A stretch of 64,000 nt of DNA from the human T2T-CHM13v2.0 reference genome, Homo sapiens (GCF_009914755.1 NC_060934.1); one strand, 5' to 3'; shown: positions 1-14,605, numbered from the stretch's first letter. Program-made: numbers and translations. Notes: a model not told the origin generated them from the letters alone.

Positions 1-941
1 ATGTTACCTGCCCTGGGGCATCTGTGGAGGACATCGGTCCCCATACAATACTCCCTGGTGCACAGGCCAGGCAAAGCACCAAGGGAGGTTCTCCAAACAT
101 CCAGAGCTAGAGAGGGGCTTTTCAGGCAAAGACGGTTTCTCTTTGAGAAGTCAAAGCCAGACTTTTGCCCTCAGCCTGCTCTGCCATGCTCTGCCACATC
201 CCCGCACTCTAGGCAACTACCAGCTCGCAGCCAGGTAGAGCAGCACTAAACTTCCAACTCAGAGGTGCCAACTCTGTGGTTTACACCTGCTACTCCTTCA
301 CCTTTGCAAGGCCTTGTGCAGCTGGCCAGGCTCCCTCTGCCCACCAAACTGCGAGCCAGAGCCCCATTTCACATGTGCAGAAACTGCCCTAAAAGGCTAA
401 GCGACTTGCTGGAGGTCACACAGCTCAAAAGCAGCAGAACTGGGGCTCACAGCAAGGTGTGCAGACTTTCCACTCATTGCTGCCACAGTGGCCACATGTA
501 TCAGTCGTCTCCTGGACCCAGTACGGTTTTCTCACCGTCTTAACTGGGGCCTTCCATTTTCAAAGCCAACAGCCCTTGAAACCTTTTTGAGAGATTTCCC
601 TATTTGCATTTTAGCTGCTATATAACAAACCAGATTTCCTGATTCTTTCTTGTGTTTATTATGTTCAGGATATTTTTTCCTAATGCTCTGAGAATTATTC
701 CCATAGGAAACATTCAGCTCATTTGGAACTCTTTTGACACTAAAACCTCTTTCCCTGAGAACCTGCCTTCAGGGGCAAAACAAGGCTGGTGGCTGCTGAT
801 AAGCCACAGCGTGGCATGGAGAAGCAGCACGGACTTTCAACGAGGCAGCCCCCGTCCCGGGTCCACCCCCGAAGACGAGCTGTGCAATCCACCACAGTCA
901 ACTTCAACTTCCCAGGTCTCAGTTTCCCCACCACACAATAT

Positions 942-1064
942 AAATAATAAAACCTAACTTAAGGGATTGTTGTTAGGATTTAAGATAACATGCACAGGGG
1001 CCAACATGTGCATTGTGTGACCTTAAATCCTAACAACGACCTCTTAAGTTACGTTTTATTATTT
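942..1064. repeat. Inverted repeat / hairpin with 43-bp arms (942-984 and 1022-1064), MIR-derived
   Basis: 39 of 43 positions complementary, plus inner stem ATGCACA/TGTGCAT. Confidence 0.92.
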
Positions 1065-2029
1065 TAACTCTCTCCCCGAATAGGAACTGATATTATTTCA
1101 ATTACTTTCAGGCAAAGTCAACTTGGAGGGGAAAACACAGTATATGTATTTTTCTCATGCCCTGAGATTTCGTCCCATAAGAAATACTCAGGAAAGCCTC
1201 CTGCCACAAATAAATGCAGTCATGGAGGAGAAATCAGAAATGAAGGGGGCAGCTTGGACACCTTAGGAAGGCAAAAGGGGATGGTTACTCTCTTGGGGCT
1301 AAAAAGGCCTCTCAAATGCCCCAGGTTCCCTCAGTCCCAACCCCCACAACCTACAAGGCCTGTTATCTAAGACAAGCCACTAACCCTCACTGAGCCTCAC
1401 TTCCTCATCTGCACGACACAGATAACCTCACCAACAACCCCCAGCTGTCCAGGATGGTGGAAGGAAGGGTTTCTCCAAGGGTGGCCTGCACACCCCCTGC
1501 ACCTCAGGCCCTGCTGGGAACCTTCCCGGCCTCTGGTTCCTGCTCCTTCCTTCCTGACAGAGCCTCCACTCTGTTCAGGTACCCACCCCACCTCCAGATG
1601 GCTCAGGAAATGGGATCCCCTTTCAGTCAACAGTGATTGACTCAGGGAAGACATGTAACCCAACTCCAGCCAAGAGGGCATGATGAGAAGAGAGCTGGTG
1701 GTGCCTCCAAAAGCTTCCTGACTCCTGAGAAGAAGCACCAGAATCCATTTATACCCTTCTTTCCAAGAATGTTGTGTCTGAGATGCTTGGAAATGCTGTG
1801 GCTGTCTCATTCCCAGCTTGCAAATGAAGATAATGCCAAGGATGACAGAGATGAGAAGAAGCTGGGGTCTTGTTGACATCACCAAGCCACTGAAACAATC
1901 AATCCCAAACCCGCCCAGTGTCTGGATTAAGAATGGCCCCATTGCACAACTCCAGGGGGCATGATTCACATTGCAGTCCACATGAAACCACTCCTGTTTG
2001 AAAGACAATGAATTTCCCTATTGTCATCC

Positions 2030-2454
2030 TGTGCAGGCTAGACAACTCCATCTTGAATGTTAATCCATCACATTGACTTCTGATTAACCACTGTTCATGG
2101 AAGGCCTCTAAGATTTCCAGTGTATCGGTTCTTCTTTGTCTAAGAGACTGTACATAAATCCTGCCCTTAGGTGAAAACAACCTTGATATTATCATGCTTC
2201 AAATGTCCTACACATCCCTTCGTAAGTCACTCCCTCCCTATGGTACCGTATATAAACCCTGGGTCTAGGGGGTAATAGCGCAGGGATCCACCATCTTGTC
2301 TCACCACCATCCGAGACACAGACATGGTTTCTGTTCATAAGTCCCTATTGAATGTTTCTTTCTGAGAAACTAGATAAATCAGCCTCTTTCTTCAGCCTGT
2401 CAGCATCCTTGAACTTTGGGGGTAGGTTCGCATAGGCCTGCCCACTGCAAAACA
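2030..2454 (+). mobile_element. Solo ERV LTR (LTR47-like, tentative)
   Basis: TG...CA termini, ACTCCATCTTG start motif, TATA-like TATATAAA near 2249, 3' end GGGGTAGGTTCGCATAGGCCTGCCCACTGCAAAACA. Confidence 0.7.
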
Positions 2455-2534
2455 TAGCCAATCTGACTTAGGGTTTCTGACTTGCAGCTGAAAAAATCTG
2501 GGTATGACCTGCATAACCTAGGGAATATATTAAA

Positions 2535-2630
2535 AATCACGAGTTTTGGGTCCACCAGAGAGTAATATGCATTTTTAACAAGCACCCCAGGGGATTCTTA
2601 CGCTCCCCAAGTTTAAGAACCAGTGATTTA
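2535..2630. mobile_element. MER5-type hAT-Charlie fragment
   Basis: TGCATTTTTAACAAGCACCCCAGGGGATTCTT...AAGTTTAAGAACCAGTG resembles a MER5 end. Confidence 0.6.
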
Positions 2631-3205
2631 ATGGAATGTAGAGATGTCCAGTGCAATGCCAGGCACACAGACAACACTATGCCACAGTCCAAAATGGACT
2701 TACCAGAGAAACACCATCCCACTTTTTCACTTGTGAAAAACTGCAGAAAGAACAGATGAGGACAACCAAAAGGGGAGTGTGAGCTGTCAAACAAATAGCA
2801 CCTCTTCCCCTAAAAGGCTGCTTCTGCGTGGTTTTAGGAAACCGTCTGCTAACATTCAGCCAAAATTCTCTCCCAGGACAACCCACTGCTGCTGGTTGCC
2901 TCCACAGCTGCACAGCTGGAGTCTACCTGGACCTCTGTTCTTGTGGACCTCAGCACACAGCACAGCAAACAGGCTCACGGCCACATGACTGGCCGTCCCG
3001 CTCTCCCGGTGGCCATTTTAACTTTATTAAAAGGTCATTTTCCTGGCCTGGCTATCTCTTATCCTGGACAGATCACCCCCTGTGGCACCAGGAAATGGCA
3101 AAGGAAGCTGGATTTATTAGAAGAAGATAAAAGAAGGAGCTGGCTGAGCCACCAGGCTGTCTAGAAATCATTGTTTTTGAAATGTCAAATATCCAGAAAT
3201 CCTAA

Positions 3206-3649
<444 letters not shown>

Positions 3650-4029
3650 TAAGGGATGATCAGGGGGCAGAGACTGTGTGGTGTGGATAAAAGGAGACTG
3701 GAAGGAGGCATCAGCACCAATTTAGAGAAGCCCTTTCAGGACATGAGTTGTGTGAATAAACCGTGAAGGCCAAGGGCAGCAAAGAACATCTCACCTGCTC
3801 TTTTTGATGTTAAGATCCTTCGGGTAGGCCTATTTAATTCATTTTGGCTTTTTTTCCCCATTCAATAAGTATTTGAGTGACTATTAAATGAAGAAGGCTA
3901 CACTAGGGGTTGCAGTGACAAGGGAGGGGGCCAGAGCTGAAGAAAGCACGAAGCATCTCAGTCTAACAGTGAGGATAAGGCAAACACAGAGGAGAAAGTG
4001 AAAAGCAAGTACCATTAGGGGAAGTGTCC

Positions 4030-4310
4030 TCTTCAGAAGACCTCCCTACACTCCCAAGTTCAGTGATCAGGCACCCTCCACTCTGTGCTTCCCCAACACC
4101 CTCGGCATATAACTATCATTGCAGCTACCACACTGCACCATATCTGTCTCTGTCTCCCGTAGCAAGAGACTCAACATCTCGTTCATCCTCACATATCTAG
4201 CACAAGTCCTGGTACAAGGAGGGACTCAATAAGCACTAGTTGATGAAATGGATAAATGAATGGATGGATGATGGGTGGAGAGATGGATGGATGAGTAGAT
4301 GGATACAGAT
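4030..4310 (+). mobile_element. L2 3' end followed by a (TGGA)n microsatellite
   Basis: TCTAGCACAAGTCCTGGTACA...CTCAATAAG...TGAATGGATGGATG is typical of an L2 tail. Confidence 0.6.
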
Positions 4311-4834
4311 GCCCAGGAATTCTGGCCAGCAAATCAGGGAAAGCTTCATGAGGGCTAAGGCATCTGAGCTAGAACTTGAAGGATGTGAACAAGTGGAGAT
4401 GAAGAAGAGACCACTTCATCCAAAGTGCCTAGTACCATGTTAGGGAGGCATAAAGTTGGTGCTTCACAAATGCATCCTGGATGGGTTTACTACTGAACTG
4501 GGTTTTCCTAAGTGAAGGAATCTGCCTTCACTTCCTATAGCCTACCATCTCTCTCTAGATAAAGAGAAGCAGGCCCTAAACAGCAATTAAACTGATAAAC
4601 CAAGGGAAAGGCAACTAACTATCAGTCTCTACAAACATTACTCTCCAAAGACAGTTTAGCAGAATGAAGACACTCCATTTGTACTGATAAGAGTTTTCTA
4701 GGATCCATTGTTAAGAGGCAAAAGCAATATATATATATTATACACATTCCCCATGTATGTATCTGCATATAGAAATCTTGGAAGGATACGCAAGAAACTG
4801 ATAAAAGTAACTACCTATCTGTTGGATAATATAT

Positions 4835-4940
4835 AATTCATCACCTAAACTGGGACACTTTTGAAAATGAAAGAGGGTGTGATTGATCATTCACTGGAAC
4901 AAAGAAGGTAAACCGGAACTGCTCTGGACAAACTAGTTCA
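4835..4940. mobile_element. MER94-like DNA transposon; a second copy lies at ~5988-6098
   Basis: TAATTCATCACCTAAACTGGGACACTTTTGAAAATGAAAG and TAATTTATCATCCAAGCAGGGACACTTAAGAGG. Confidence 0.6.
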
Positions 4941-7031
4941 TTCCAGCTAATGGAGGTGGGGTGAGGGAGGGAGTATAGGGGACCCAGCAGGGGTAAGAAT
5001 GAAATTTTTCAATGTATACATTTTTATAGTGCCTTAATTTCCAAACCATGTGTATGTATCAAACTATTTTTACATTTAATAATCTTTTAATGGAAAGGAA
5101 AAGGCAAAAGAATTTAGCCTTCCAACTTGCTTAGACAAGGAAGCTCATTTGCGGGCACCACTGAATAGCCACCCTGAAGAGAACCCCTAGATATGAAATA
5201 AAATCACTGCTCGTCGCACAGCCCTTTGGCAGCACACAAGAAAACAGCCTCAAGAAGAGAGAGCCGTACATGGCCTAAAAAGGCTGGGACTCTGCACGGC
5301 CGGCTGAGACGGGGAACATCAGGGGAATATAAACATTGTAAGACAGACGTAAAGCAGTTCAGGTTTTACACAATCATGGCAACAAAGTGAGATTGATTCA
5401 GGGCTGAATTAAGCTCTTTATATTGTTTCTACTTAAAAAGGAAATGTATTGACTACAGTCCTCCTCACAGATTTATCTTTCCTGACATCAAGCACATTCA
5501 TAACCTATTTTGAATTCCAAGGAACAATGCCGGGGTTTAGGAAAGTGAATACCAGTGAGTTCCACCAGGCCATTTTAGAGGCTGGGCAGAAGCTTCTCTT
5601 AACTTCTAATTGCTCAGGAAGTAGGCACAATGTTTTTTTTGTTTTTTTTGGGGTTTTTTTTAATCAGTCATAACCTCAAGTTAGAAAAATGCCTGTCCGG
5701 GATCCCTGAACTTTAGAATGGGTCTATCCTGGAAGAGCCACTTTGGAGCCTTTTTAGAGACCATGTGTGGGTGTCACTTGGATTTTTAATCTCTTTTGTA
5801 ACCATCTCCTCCTTTCAGAAGTCACTACAGCTCCTCCAGCTAAGGCCTGAAGTGCCTAGACCAGGAGACATCTCATCTCCTGCCCCTAGACTCCAGCAGG
5901 CACTGTGGACACTGACCTTCCTAAGACCAGCTTGACCATGGCCCACTGTGAAACCTTCAGGGGTGCCATATGGCCTTGAGGATTGCAAGACCATGTAATT
6001 TATCATCCAAGCAGGGACACTTAAGAGGAAAAGGGGGCACTAGTAATAGTCACATTGGGACGAAGCACCCTGGGAAACTGGACCACAAGGTCATCCTACT
6101 ATATAGAATAAATCCAATCCCTCTAACGGCTTGAATTCAAGATTCTCCACCATCTGGGCCCGACTTACTTCACAGTCTTTTTGCGTTCTGACTGTGCCAC
6201 ATGGTCTAATCACAGTGGGCCTGCAGGTGCCCAGCATGCCTTGGGCTTCACTGTCTCTGTCCATTTGCTCACGGCAGTCCCTCCTCCTGCCTCCACCCAT
6301 CCCCATCCCCACCAGTCTGTAACGCCCCCTTATCCATCTAGGTAGGTCTAAATCTCACCCTGCATTCAAAACAGAATTTAACTAGTATCATTCATTACTG
6401 CATTCATCCAACAAATATGTACTGCCTGCTTGTTATGGCACATGGTGAAAAAGACTGAAAAAATTCCATCTCCCTGAAACTTTAATTCAAGTGTTGGGGG
6501 AGGTGCATGCACACTCACATAACCGTGATAATTGGTCCTAAGGAAGACACACAGTGACATGCTGGAGAAGCCACCCTGTTATGGTTTTGAACAGACACAA
6601 CCACCACCCCACAAGGCTGTAGTAAGCTCCTTGAGGGCTAGGCCAAAGAGGTCCATTTCCCACCCCTGCTAAACCTATCACACGCCCCTGGGTAGAGCGG
6701 GTACTCAACAAACATTTGCTAGGTGAAGAATTAATATTAAAGAAGCTTACTTACTTAATCTGAAGAGAGTTTGCTAACAACTAGTTCTCAATTCTTCATT
6801 AATCTGTATGAGATCAAAGGAGAACCTGAATTTCCACTGACCTGAGAGGAACAACACCCCAGGTCCCACAACTATGACTCTCATTCCACCCTGATGCTGG
6901 AAGGGAAGTGATTCAGTGCTGTGCTGCTTCACCTGCGGTCACACAGCTAGTGAGTGGCTGGGCCACTGGAGAGGTCAGAAGGTGATCCAGGAAAGACTCA
7001 GAATTTAATGACTGGATAAAAAGCCAAAAGA

Positions 7032-7340
<309 letters not shown>

Positions 7341-7922
7341 TTAGTTGGAGGGATCAGAGAGCTTCATGAAAGAGGCCTTGGGGTGAGTCCCAGGTGATAG
7401 AAAGGAAGTGGCCGGCAAGGTGAAGGCAGGGCCATAATTATGTGTCTGTGGCTACAGCAGATGCTTGACAAGGCAGTGCTAGCACTCAATCAGTGTTACA
7501 GAGGGAGCGGCTGCGCTGGGGCAGAAATTAGGCCTGGGGAGGTCACCATCTGAGATATGTCCACAGAGCCACCTTTCCATGTCTGACCTGGAAGAGGGAG
7601 CGGAAAGCAACAGCAGTCAGGGTAACGCAGTGGCCCCTTTCCTCAGCACTGCCCTCAGGAGACGGGCTGCTCTGACTGACCAGTTCAGCATGGGAGGCTC
7701 CAGTAAAAGCCAAGGGTCCTGGGGCTCCCCACATTTGTGCGCTATTCTCCAAGTGGATAGGGGCTGACTCGAGTTAGATTAAACAGTAACTGGTAACAGA
7801 GGAATTTGGCAAGCAGCATACTTGTATCTGAGTGTATCTGCAACATGTAACCCTTCCTCGGAGGTTTCTGATGCTGAGTAGTCAGAGCAATAACTTAATT
7901 TTTTAAAAAAATAGCACAATTA

Positions 7923-8060
<138 letters not shown>

Positions 8061-8417
8061 TACAAAAGCACAATTAGCTGCATCTGAATTCTTATTTCAG
8101 TTACATATGAAGTGAGCAAATCAATTCTCAGCAGCCTGGAGTGGACCCCAACCACCTCTCACCTGCTGCAACTAAGATGCAGCCCTAGGCCACCATGGCT
8201 GGTCACACCTTGCTAGAATTTTTCTTTCCAGCCTCTACCCACCACTAGCCCCACCTTGGCCCATCAAGTCTCAGTCAGTGACAAACCCAAACTATAAATA
8301 TTCAGTAAGGTACAATTTAAGTCTCTAGAGCTAAAGCAACAACTCAAGTTCCTCAGATGGGACCTTCCACTAGCACTGTGCTCTGAGTGGTAACGATACA
8401 ACCAGGATCCCAAAGGC

Positions 8418-8621
8418 CAGAGTTTCTCAACCTCAGCACTGCTGACATTCTGCATGGGGTAACTCTGTTACGAGGAGCTATCTTGTCCACTCTAAGATGT
8501 TCGGAAGCATGCTTGGCCTCTACCTATTATATGCCAGTAAGATTTGTGACAACCAAAAATGACTCTAGACACTGCCAAATGTCTCCTAGGGGTAAAATCC
8601 ACATCCCCATGAGAACCATTG
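8418..8621. mobile_element. MER20 hAT-Charlie element
   Basis: CAGAGTTTCTCAACCTCAGCACTGCTGACATT...GTGACAACCAAAAATGACTCTAGACACTGCCAAATGTC...TGAGAACCATTG with terminal inverted repeats. Confidence 0.85.
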
Positions 8622-8709
8622 CCAAAGGATGACCTCCCTAAGTTTGCTATTTCATATATCCTCATATGCTCAGGCACCTGGGAGCACCTAGTCCAATAAA
8701 ATGCCTTGG

Positions 8710-8940
8710 GAGTTAAAGGGAGAGTTTAGGATCTGGTGAGTTGGAGTCCTGGCTCTACATTGTACTAATTCCATGACTTTAAATAGGTCACTTAGACTCT
8801 TGGAGCCTCAGTTCCTTCATCTGCAAAATGGGAACAATTAAACAGCACCTACCTCATGGGGAAGCGATGGCAGTTACATAAAATGACATGTAAAGACTGC
8901 CTGGCACAGTGGGTGTTCAATAAACGTTAGTGATTATTTA
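8710..8940 (+). mobile_element. MIR; many further MIR fragments, e.g. ~350-470, 880-995, 9560-9760, 17980-18150, 30950-31330, 34930-35130, 48320-48530, 50360-50570
   Basis: MIR core GAGCCTCAGTTCCTTCATCTGCAAAATGGGAACAAT...CCTGGCACAGTGGGTGTTCAATAAACGTTAG. Confidence 0.75.
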
Positions 8941-11900
8941 CAGGCTTGGAAAATTCCTTTTATCCAAGCCTGGAGTTTAGTCTTCTATTTCTGTGGCTTC
9001 TGATCTTCCCCCTCCTTCCTATGCTCTTTCCACCTGTTAAATGCCTTTAGTCTTAACCTTTGGTCTGAAAGAATCCTTCCTGCTAGTTCAAAGGTATCTG
9101 AGGTTAAAGCAAAGGAAAGAAACACACATACACACAGACCCTTTCATATTCAACCCTGGTCAGACCAACCCTCCAGACAAAGGTTCCCATTGTTGTCTAA
9201 AAACAAACTTTTACACAGGGAGCCTAGGGGGCCTTTAAACAGCCACAAGCGCCAAAGTCTCCAGACTCCTCTAGTTCTCATTCCCATTCTGCCCCTAACC
9301 TTGGCACATTCTCTTCTCCTTTGTGGGCCTCAGTTTCCTCATCTATAAATGAGGGTTTCAGACTCAGAGGAGCTCTAACGGCCTCCCATCACTGGCCTCT
9401 AAGGTCTTGCACAGTACTGCAAAGCTGCAGCAGGGGTGGCAGCCGCAGCGCGTTTTAGGTAAGTGTTTAACTTGGGAATAAAGTCATGTAGACAAATCAT
9501 TATCTGTTGTTCCTATATTCCCAGAGAGCCAGCAGAATATAGTGGCATGGCTATTTGTTGCCATTGGAGTCAGAAATCTGAATAAAATGAAATCCCACCC
9601 TACCACTGAGACCTTGGGCAAAGTGGTTCACCCCTCTAATCCTACTGCCTTATCTGTAACATGGGCTAATAAGAGAGGCAGAAATGGTGTAAAGATAACA
9701 AGACAAAGATCATGAAAGCACCTGACAAACAGAGCTGGTAGGCATACTAGGTATTCAAAAACATATGCCTTCCTTTCTGGAATCTCTTCTGTGAATTTTG
9801 TACTATAACTCCATGTCATTCTGGAAAGTTCTTTCTTCTCTCCTTTCTCACATACTATTCATCCTTCATGGCTCTGTCCAAGTCCTCCTCTGCCAGGAAG
9901 CCCTCCCTGTAGACTCTGTCTCTAAAGACCGAAGGCCTTAAGTTTCCCAAAGACTAGCTTTGTGGAGGTTAGGTAGGAGGTCACTAGCCATCAGTTCCCT
10001 ACCTTGAGAATTTCCTTTCTGCAAATTCAGGAAGATTAACCCCTTCCCTGCTGTGCCCCAGAATAGTGCACATACCTCAACATCTGCATAAACTTAGAAT
10101 TCATACACCCCTTCGTCAAAGAGTCTCAAAACCACCCTGAGATGGGCTGGTTGAGTCAGGACAGCCCCTTCTTCCCCACAACTCCTCATCCAAGCTGGTC
10201 AGCCAGAGGCCCTCCCCCAGGCTCCTGCTCACTCCAGGAGAACAAGGAACAGGACAATGTGTTTCTCCTCTCACCTCTAAGGGATGGCCTCACAAATCCT
10301 CAGCCTAGACCCTTCCCCTTGCCTGAGCCCAGGGCTGCAATGACTGCACTGAGATGAGATGGAACCGTAAAGGCAGTGACTCCTGCTGACAATGAAATGG
10401 AGCTCAGGAGATGAAGGGACTGGCCTGAGGTCTCTCCACTAGATCACAACTGGGGGTTAGAAGAGGGATCTTGGGGCCCTCAACATACCAAGTCCCCACT
10501 CACGCCCTCTTTCCCCAACAGCGGGTACCCCTCCTGTCTCAAGTATCTCCATTCTCCCAGGCTGGGACCTTGCAAATACCTCCAGCTCCTCCCTTGCCTT
10601 ATTTCTCTCATCCAAGACCAGAACCCTTCCGTGATAAGAAACTGCAGAGGGCCCCAACCTCCCAAGCCTACTGCCTGGTCCCTACCACCTCATGCCCAGG
10701 AGCTGAGGCTGAGCTCCCCAGAGCCCATCCCACCCACCAGGGCCAGATTCCTCTGGCCCTAACATGCCTTTTTCATGCCACTCACCTGTCCAACAATCTG
10801 CCATGGCTCCTCTATCCCACTGGATCAATCCTGTCCTGCCCAACATGCCCAACCCCCAGAAACCAGTCTTACCCACCCCTGCCAAGCTGGTTTCACCCTG
10901 CTCCCCTATGTACCCCTCCCCTCTTGCGGGGATTATCTCCTCTCTAATCCCTCTCTAGGTACCCATGTCATTCCCTTCCTTTGGAGGGTCCTTCCTTCTC
11001 CCCTTTCCTCCCTCCTATTGGTCCTTCAAGGCTCTGTCCAAGTTTCCCTCCACAAGGAGGCCTCCCATGACCCCCGCAGTGCTCTCTGACTCCTCTGCAC
11101 ACAATCCTCACTACACACTCAGGGCCTAAGCCTGTTGGCCTCCTGGCTGTGAGTTGTCACTACACTGTCTGAGCTGTACAAGCTTGACCTCATCACCAAA
11201 CTGCAAAATGACCATCCACCAATATGGCCATGTTCCTTCTGCCTCCAACCTCAGCCTGGCATTCATCCCACAAATATTATCTGAGTGTCTCCAATAGACC
11301 CAGAAAGTTCTTGTCCATGTTCTTGAAACCCTCCTTACATTTCAAAGCACAAGTTAAATGCTACCTGTTCTGTGAATCCTTCCCCACACCGCCCCCCACC
11401 CTGTCCCCAGGAGCCATCTCTCCACTTTACTCTCAGGCCCTATTTCCCCATGTCCTCCCTGAGATCTAGGACTTCTGTTCCTTACTCATAGCTGGGCCTC
11501 CCACAATACCCTATACCAAGAGGATGCTCAATGAGTGGCTTTCACAGTGAACTGAAACAGAATCTGTCCAATTCTGAGGCCAGTCTGGGCTCCTGGGTGG
11601 CCTCAAGCTGCCTACATCCAAATGACCTCTCACTGTTCTTCCAAGATTGGATTTGGGCCCAGACTGAGTCAAATGACCTCTTATCATTCTTCCAAAATTA
11701 GGCTTTCCTCTTTAATTACACCTTATCTCGCCATACTCTTTGTGGATTCTAATTACGTAATTACTTCAAGCCCTGGGACTTGAAAACAAACAAAGAAAAG
11801 AAGGGAGTGTGCGTGATTACACAGGTAAGTAAACACACCAAATATGCTTATTTACATATACCATACGCCATTTTCTTGTTCCTATACAATGTTGTAACCT

Positions 11901-12466
11901 GCAGAATAAAACCTGAGGAGGGGTCTAAATCACATTAGGATAAAAATCCCACTGGGTAGCAGGAGACCAAGGAGAATGTCATTCTCCTGAGATGGGCTTT
12001 AAAGAGCCTTGAAGTCAACCTCCAGCACCCTCCTCTTCCCCTTCTACAATGAAGAGAGGGGCCTCTGTGATCTTGAGCATGTTCCATTTTTAAAGCATGA
12101 CCAGGCCCGATCCCTGCTAAGCAAAATATATACCCTCTTCTGAATGCCAAGTATTCCTCATGCTGTGTCTCTCCTAAGGCACATTTGCACCACTGCTAGA
12201 CTATGCCCATGCTGCAGGCAGGGGCCCAGTCTCATCTCTCTTAGTAATCCTAACTCTTAACCCCTCCCAATCCCAGTAGCAAGCCCTCCTCCTGCCTTAC
12301 TAAAGTATGTGCCCTTCTCCCAATCCACTAAGCCTGCCCTTGCATGTGCCGGTCCCTCTGTCCTCTGGTTGGATTCCAGCTCACCCCCCAACCCACATGC
12401 CCTCATGGCACCCTGTACTTGCCCTAACATATTGTTCATCACACTTTGGCATAAAAACCCTTTCGA

Positions 12467-12636
<170 letters not shown>

Positions 12637-14605
12637 CCCTTTCATTTTCCTACCTCTCCCTTCAGACCAGTAGTCTCCAAACTTTTTGATCACACCTTCC
12701 TATTTGTGAAATAGTTTTGAGGATACTTACAAAGTAATTATAAATCTGTACTCCTATAAATAGGAAAGCTAAGTCTTTCCTTTAGTTAAAGCATAAACAG
12801 AACTCCAACTGATAAAGCTTTCTTCCTGCCCTCAATGGCTATCTTGAGCACTGCTTATCTACTGCTCTAGTTTAGGAGCTCGGTGAGGACAGCAGGGGTG
12901 TTTCATTCTCGTTGTATTCCCAGGATCTCTACCGAACCCAAAACATAATAAATGAAAAAATGAATTAATTTACTTAACAGATAGTGGGGCCCCTCTGTAG
13001 GCCAGGCCCGTGCTAGGTACTGGGGACATACTGGTGACAAGAAAGAGCCCTGGCCACTGTTGTCATAACCCTACAGGCTGGTAGGGTGGGCAAACAATGA
13101 TTTTCCAAAAAAGTGTAACAAAGACCACCGAACCATAAGAGCCCTCAAACAGGAGAGTGTCACCTAGGAAGCAGGGCCAGAGATAATTTCCCCAGAACAT
13201 GACGCTCCAGGTGAGATCTGAGGGGTAAGAGGCACGAACCAGGTAAGGAAGGAAGGCTCCCTTTACATTCCAGGCTAAGGAAACCACATGCGCAAAAGTC
13301 CTGAGGCTGGACGGAGAACGGTAGGCACCAGGGACTAACAGAGGCCAGTAAAACAAAACAAATGCATAAACTCAGCAAGCCCAAGAAGGATGGCGAGCTC
13401 TCCTTCTCCCCTTCACTCCTCTCCACTTGTCAAAACAGACCACCCCCGACTACCACCCTCTGAGGCAGTGGCTCAGCCCTGCTACTGCCCAGCCTCTAAG
13501 CCAAGCAGAACAGGTGGGCTCTTGGCCTCCCAGCCAGCCCTCCCAAGACTGGACCCTCACATCACCCCTAACCCATGGACCCCCATATCACCCCTTCTGA
13601 GGAGCCCAGGGACTCCGAGAAGACACTCCTGAAAACCATGCATGTTGCCATAGGCACCAGCAATCAAAGGTTCCTGGACAGTTAATTTTTTAAAGAGAGT
13701 GTTAAATATTTTACATCTTCTAACAGCACTGTTTCTTCCTTGCCTATGATAAAAGGGAACACCCTATACTCCTCAAATTAAGGACTCACTCAAAATAAAT
13801 GCCAATCTGCAAGACAGCCCAGGGAGGTCTGCACCCTACTGTCAAGGGCATCTTACAACGTCCTCATGACATCCTTGCATTCCTTGAGGGAAGCACCTGG
13901 AGAACCCAGAACCATAGGCCACCAAACCCCTTCCCTGCTGGAGCTCCTTTGACCCCAGGAAGGGAAAATTACTCACAATGATGCTTCAGGTGAGTATTTA
14001 AATAGCCCGTGCCTTTAATAATTAAAGACAAAACCAAGAACATAAACTGTAATGCAGGCTGGCGGCTGCAGACCCTCCTCCCGGAGCAGCTGTCTTGATG
14101 AGAAGCCGTATCTTCTAACAGTGCTCAGGCATGACTAATATTTCCCAGTTCCTAGGGGGCCTCGCCCCCTCACACCTGCCATTGCTGGCTCACTAATGTA
14201 CCACGTCCAACATAGAGGCCCTGCAAAGCAAACACAAAATAGTCCTAAAAGGCCTAACATTGCCTTGGCCTCGGTTCATGGGCCTGGCAACTTGATTTTC
14301 AGCAACCACCAAACCCTGCTTAGGCCCTCAGCTCTCCCAAGCTCCAGCTTTCTCCAGCTACTCTCATTTCTGTCCCTGTTGGGATTTTGCTTTCCTTCTC
14401 CAGAGCCTCTATTCACTTTGTCCTGCTTAAAAGCAGTTCCCACTCCTGCCTCACCTCTCCACCCAGATTCCCCACTGGCAAGGCCACTGGGGCAGCAACT
14501 CAGATCTCCCAGCTCCAGTTCCAGCCTTTCTTACCTCATCCCTGGCTTCTAGACTCTGCCCAGTCTCCTATCGCCAGCCTCCTGTGTGCACTGTCTACAA
14601 AGAAA

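Noticed and set aside
1397-2008. 203-aa minus-strand ORF
   Set aside because: No recognisable family, non-ATG start, and it ends in MIR-like sequence; consistent with chance in 64 kb.
10471-11089. Cluster of Pro-rich ORFs
   Set aside because: C-rich, partly L2-like intronic sequence with no splice or homology support.
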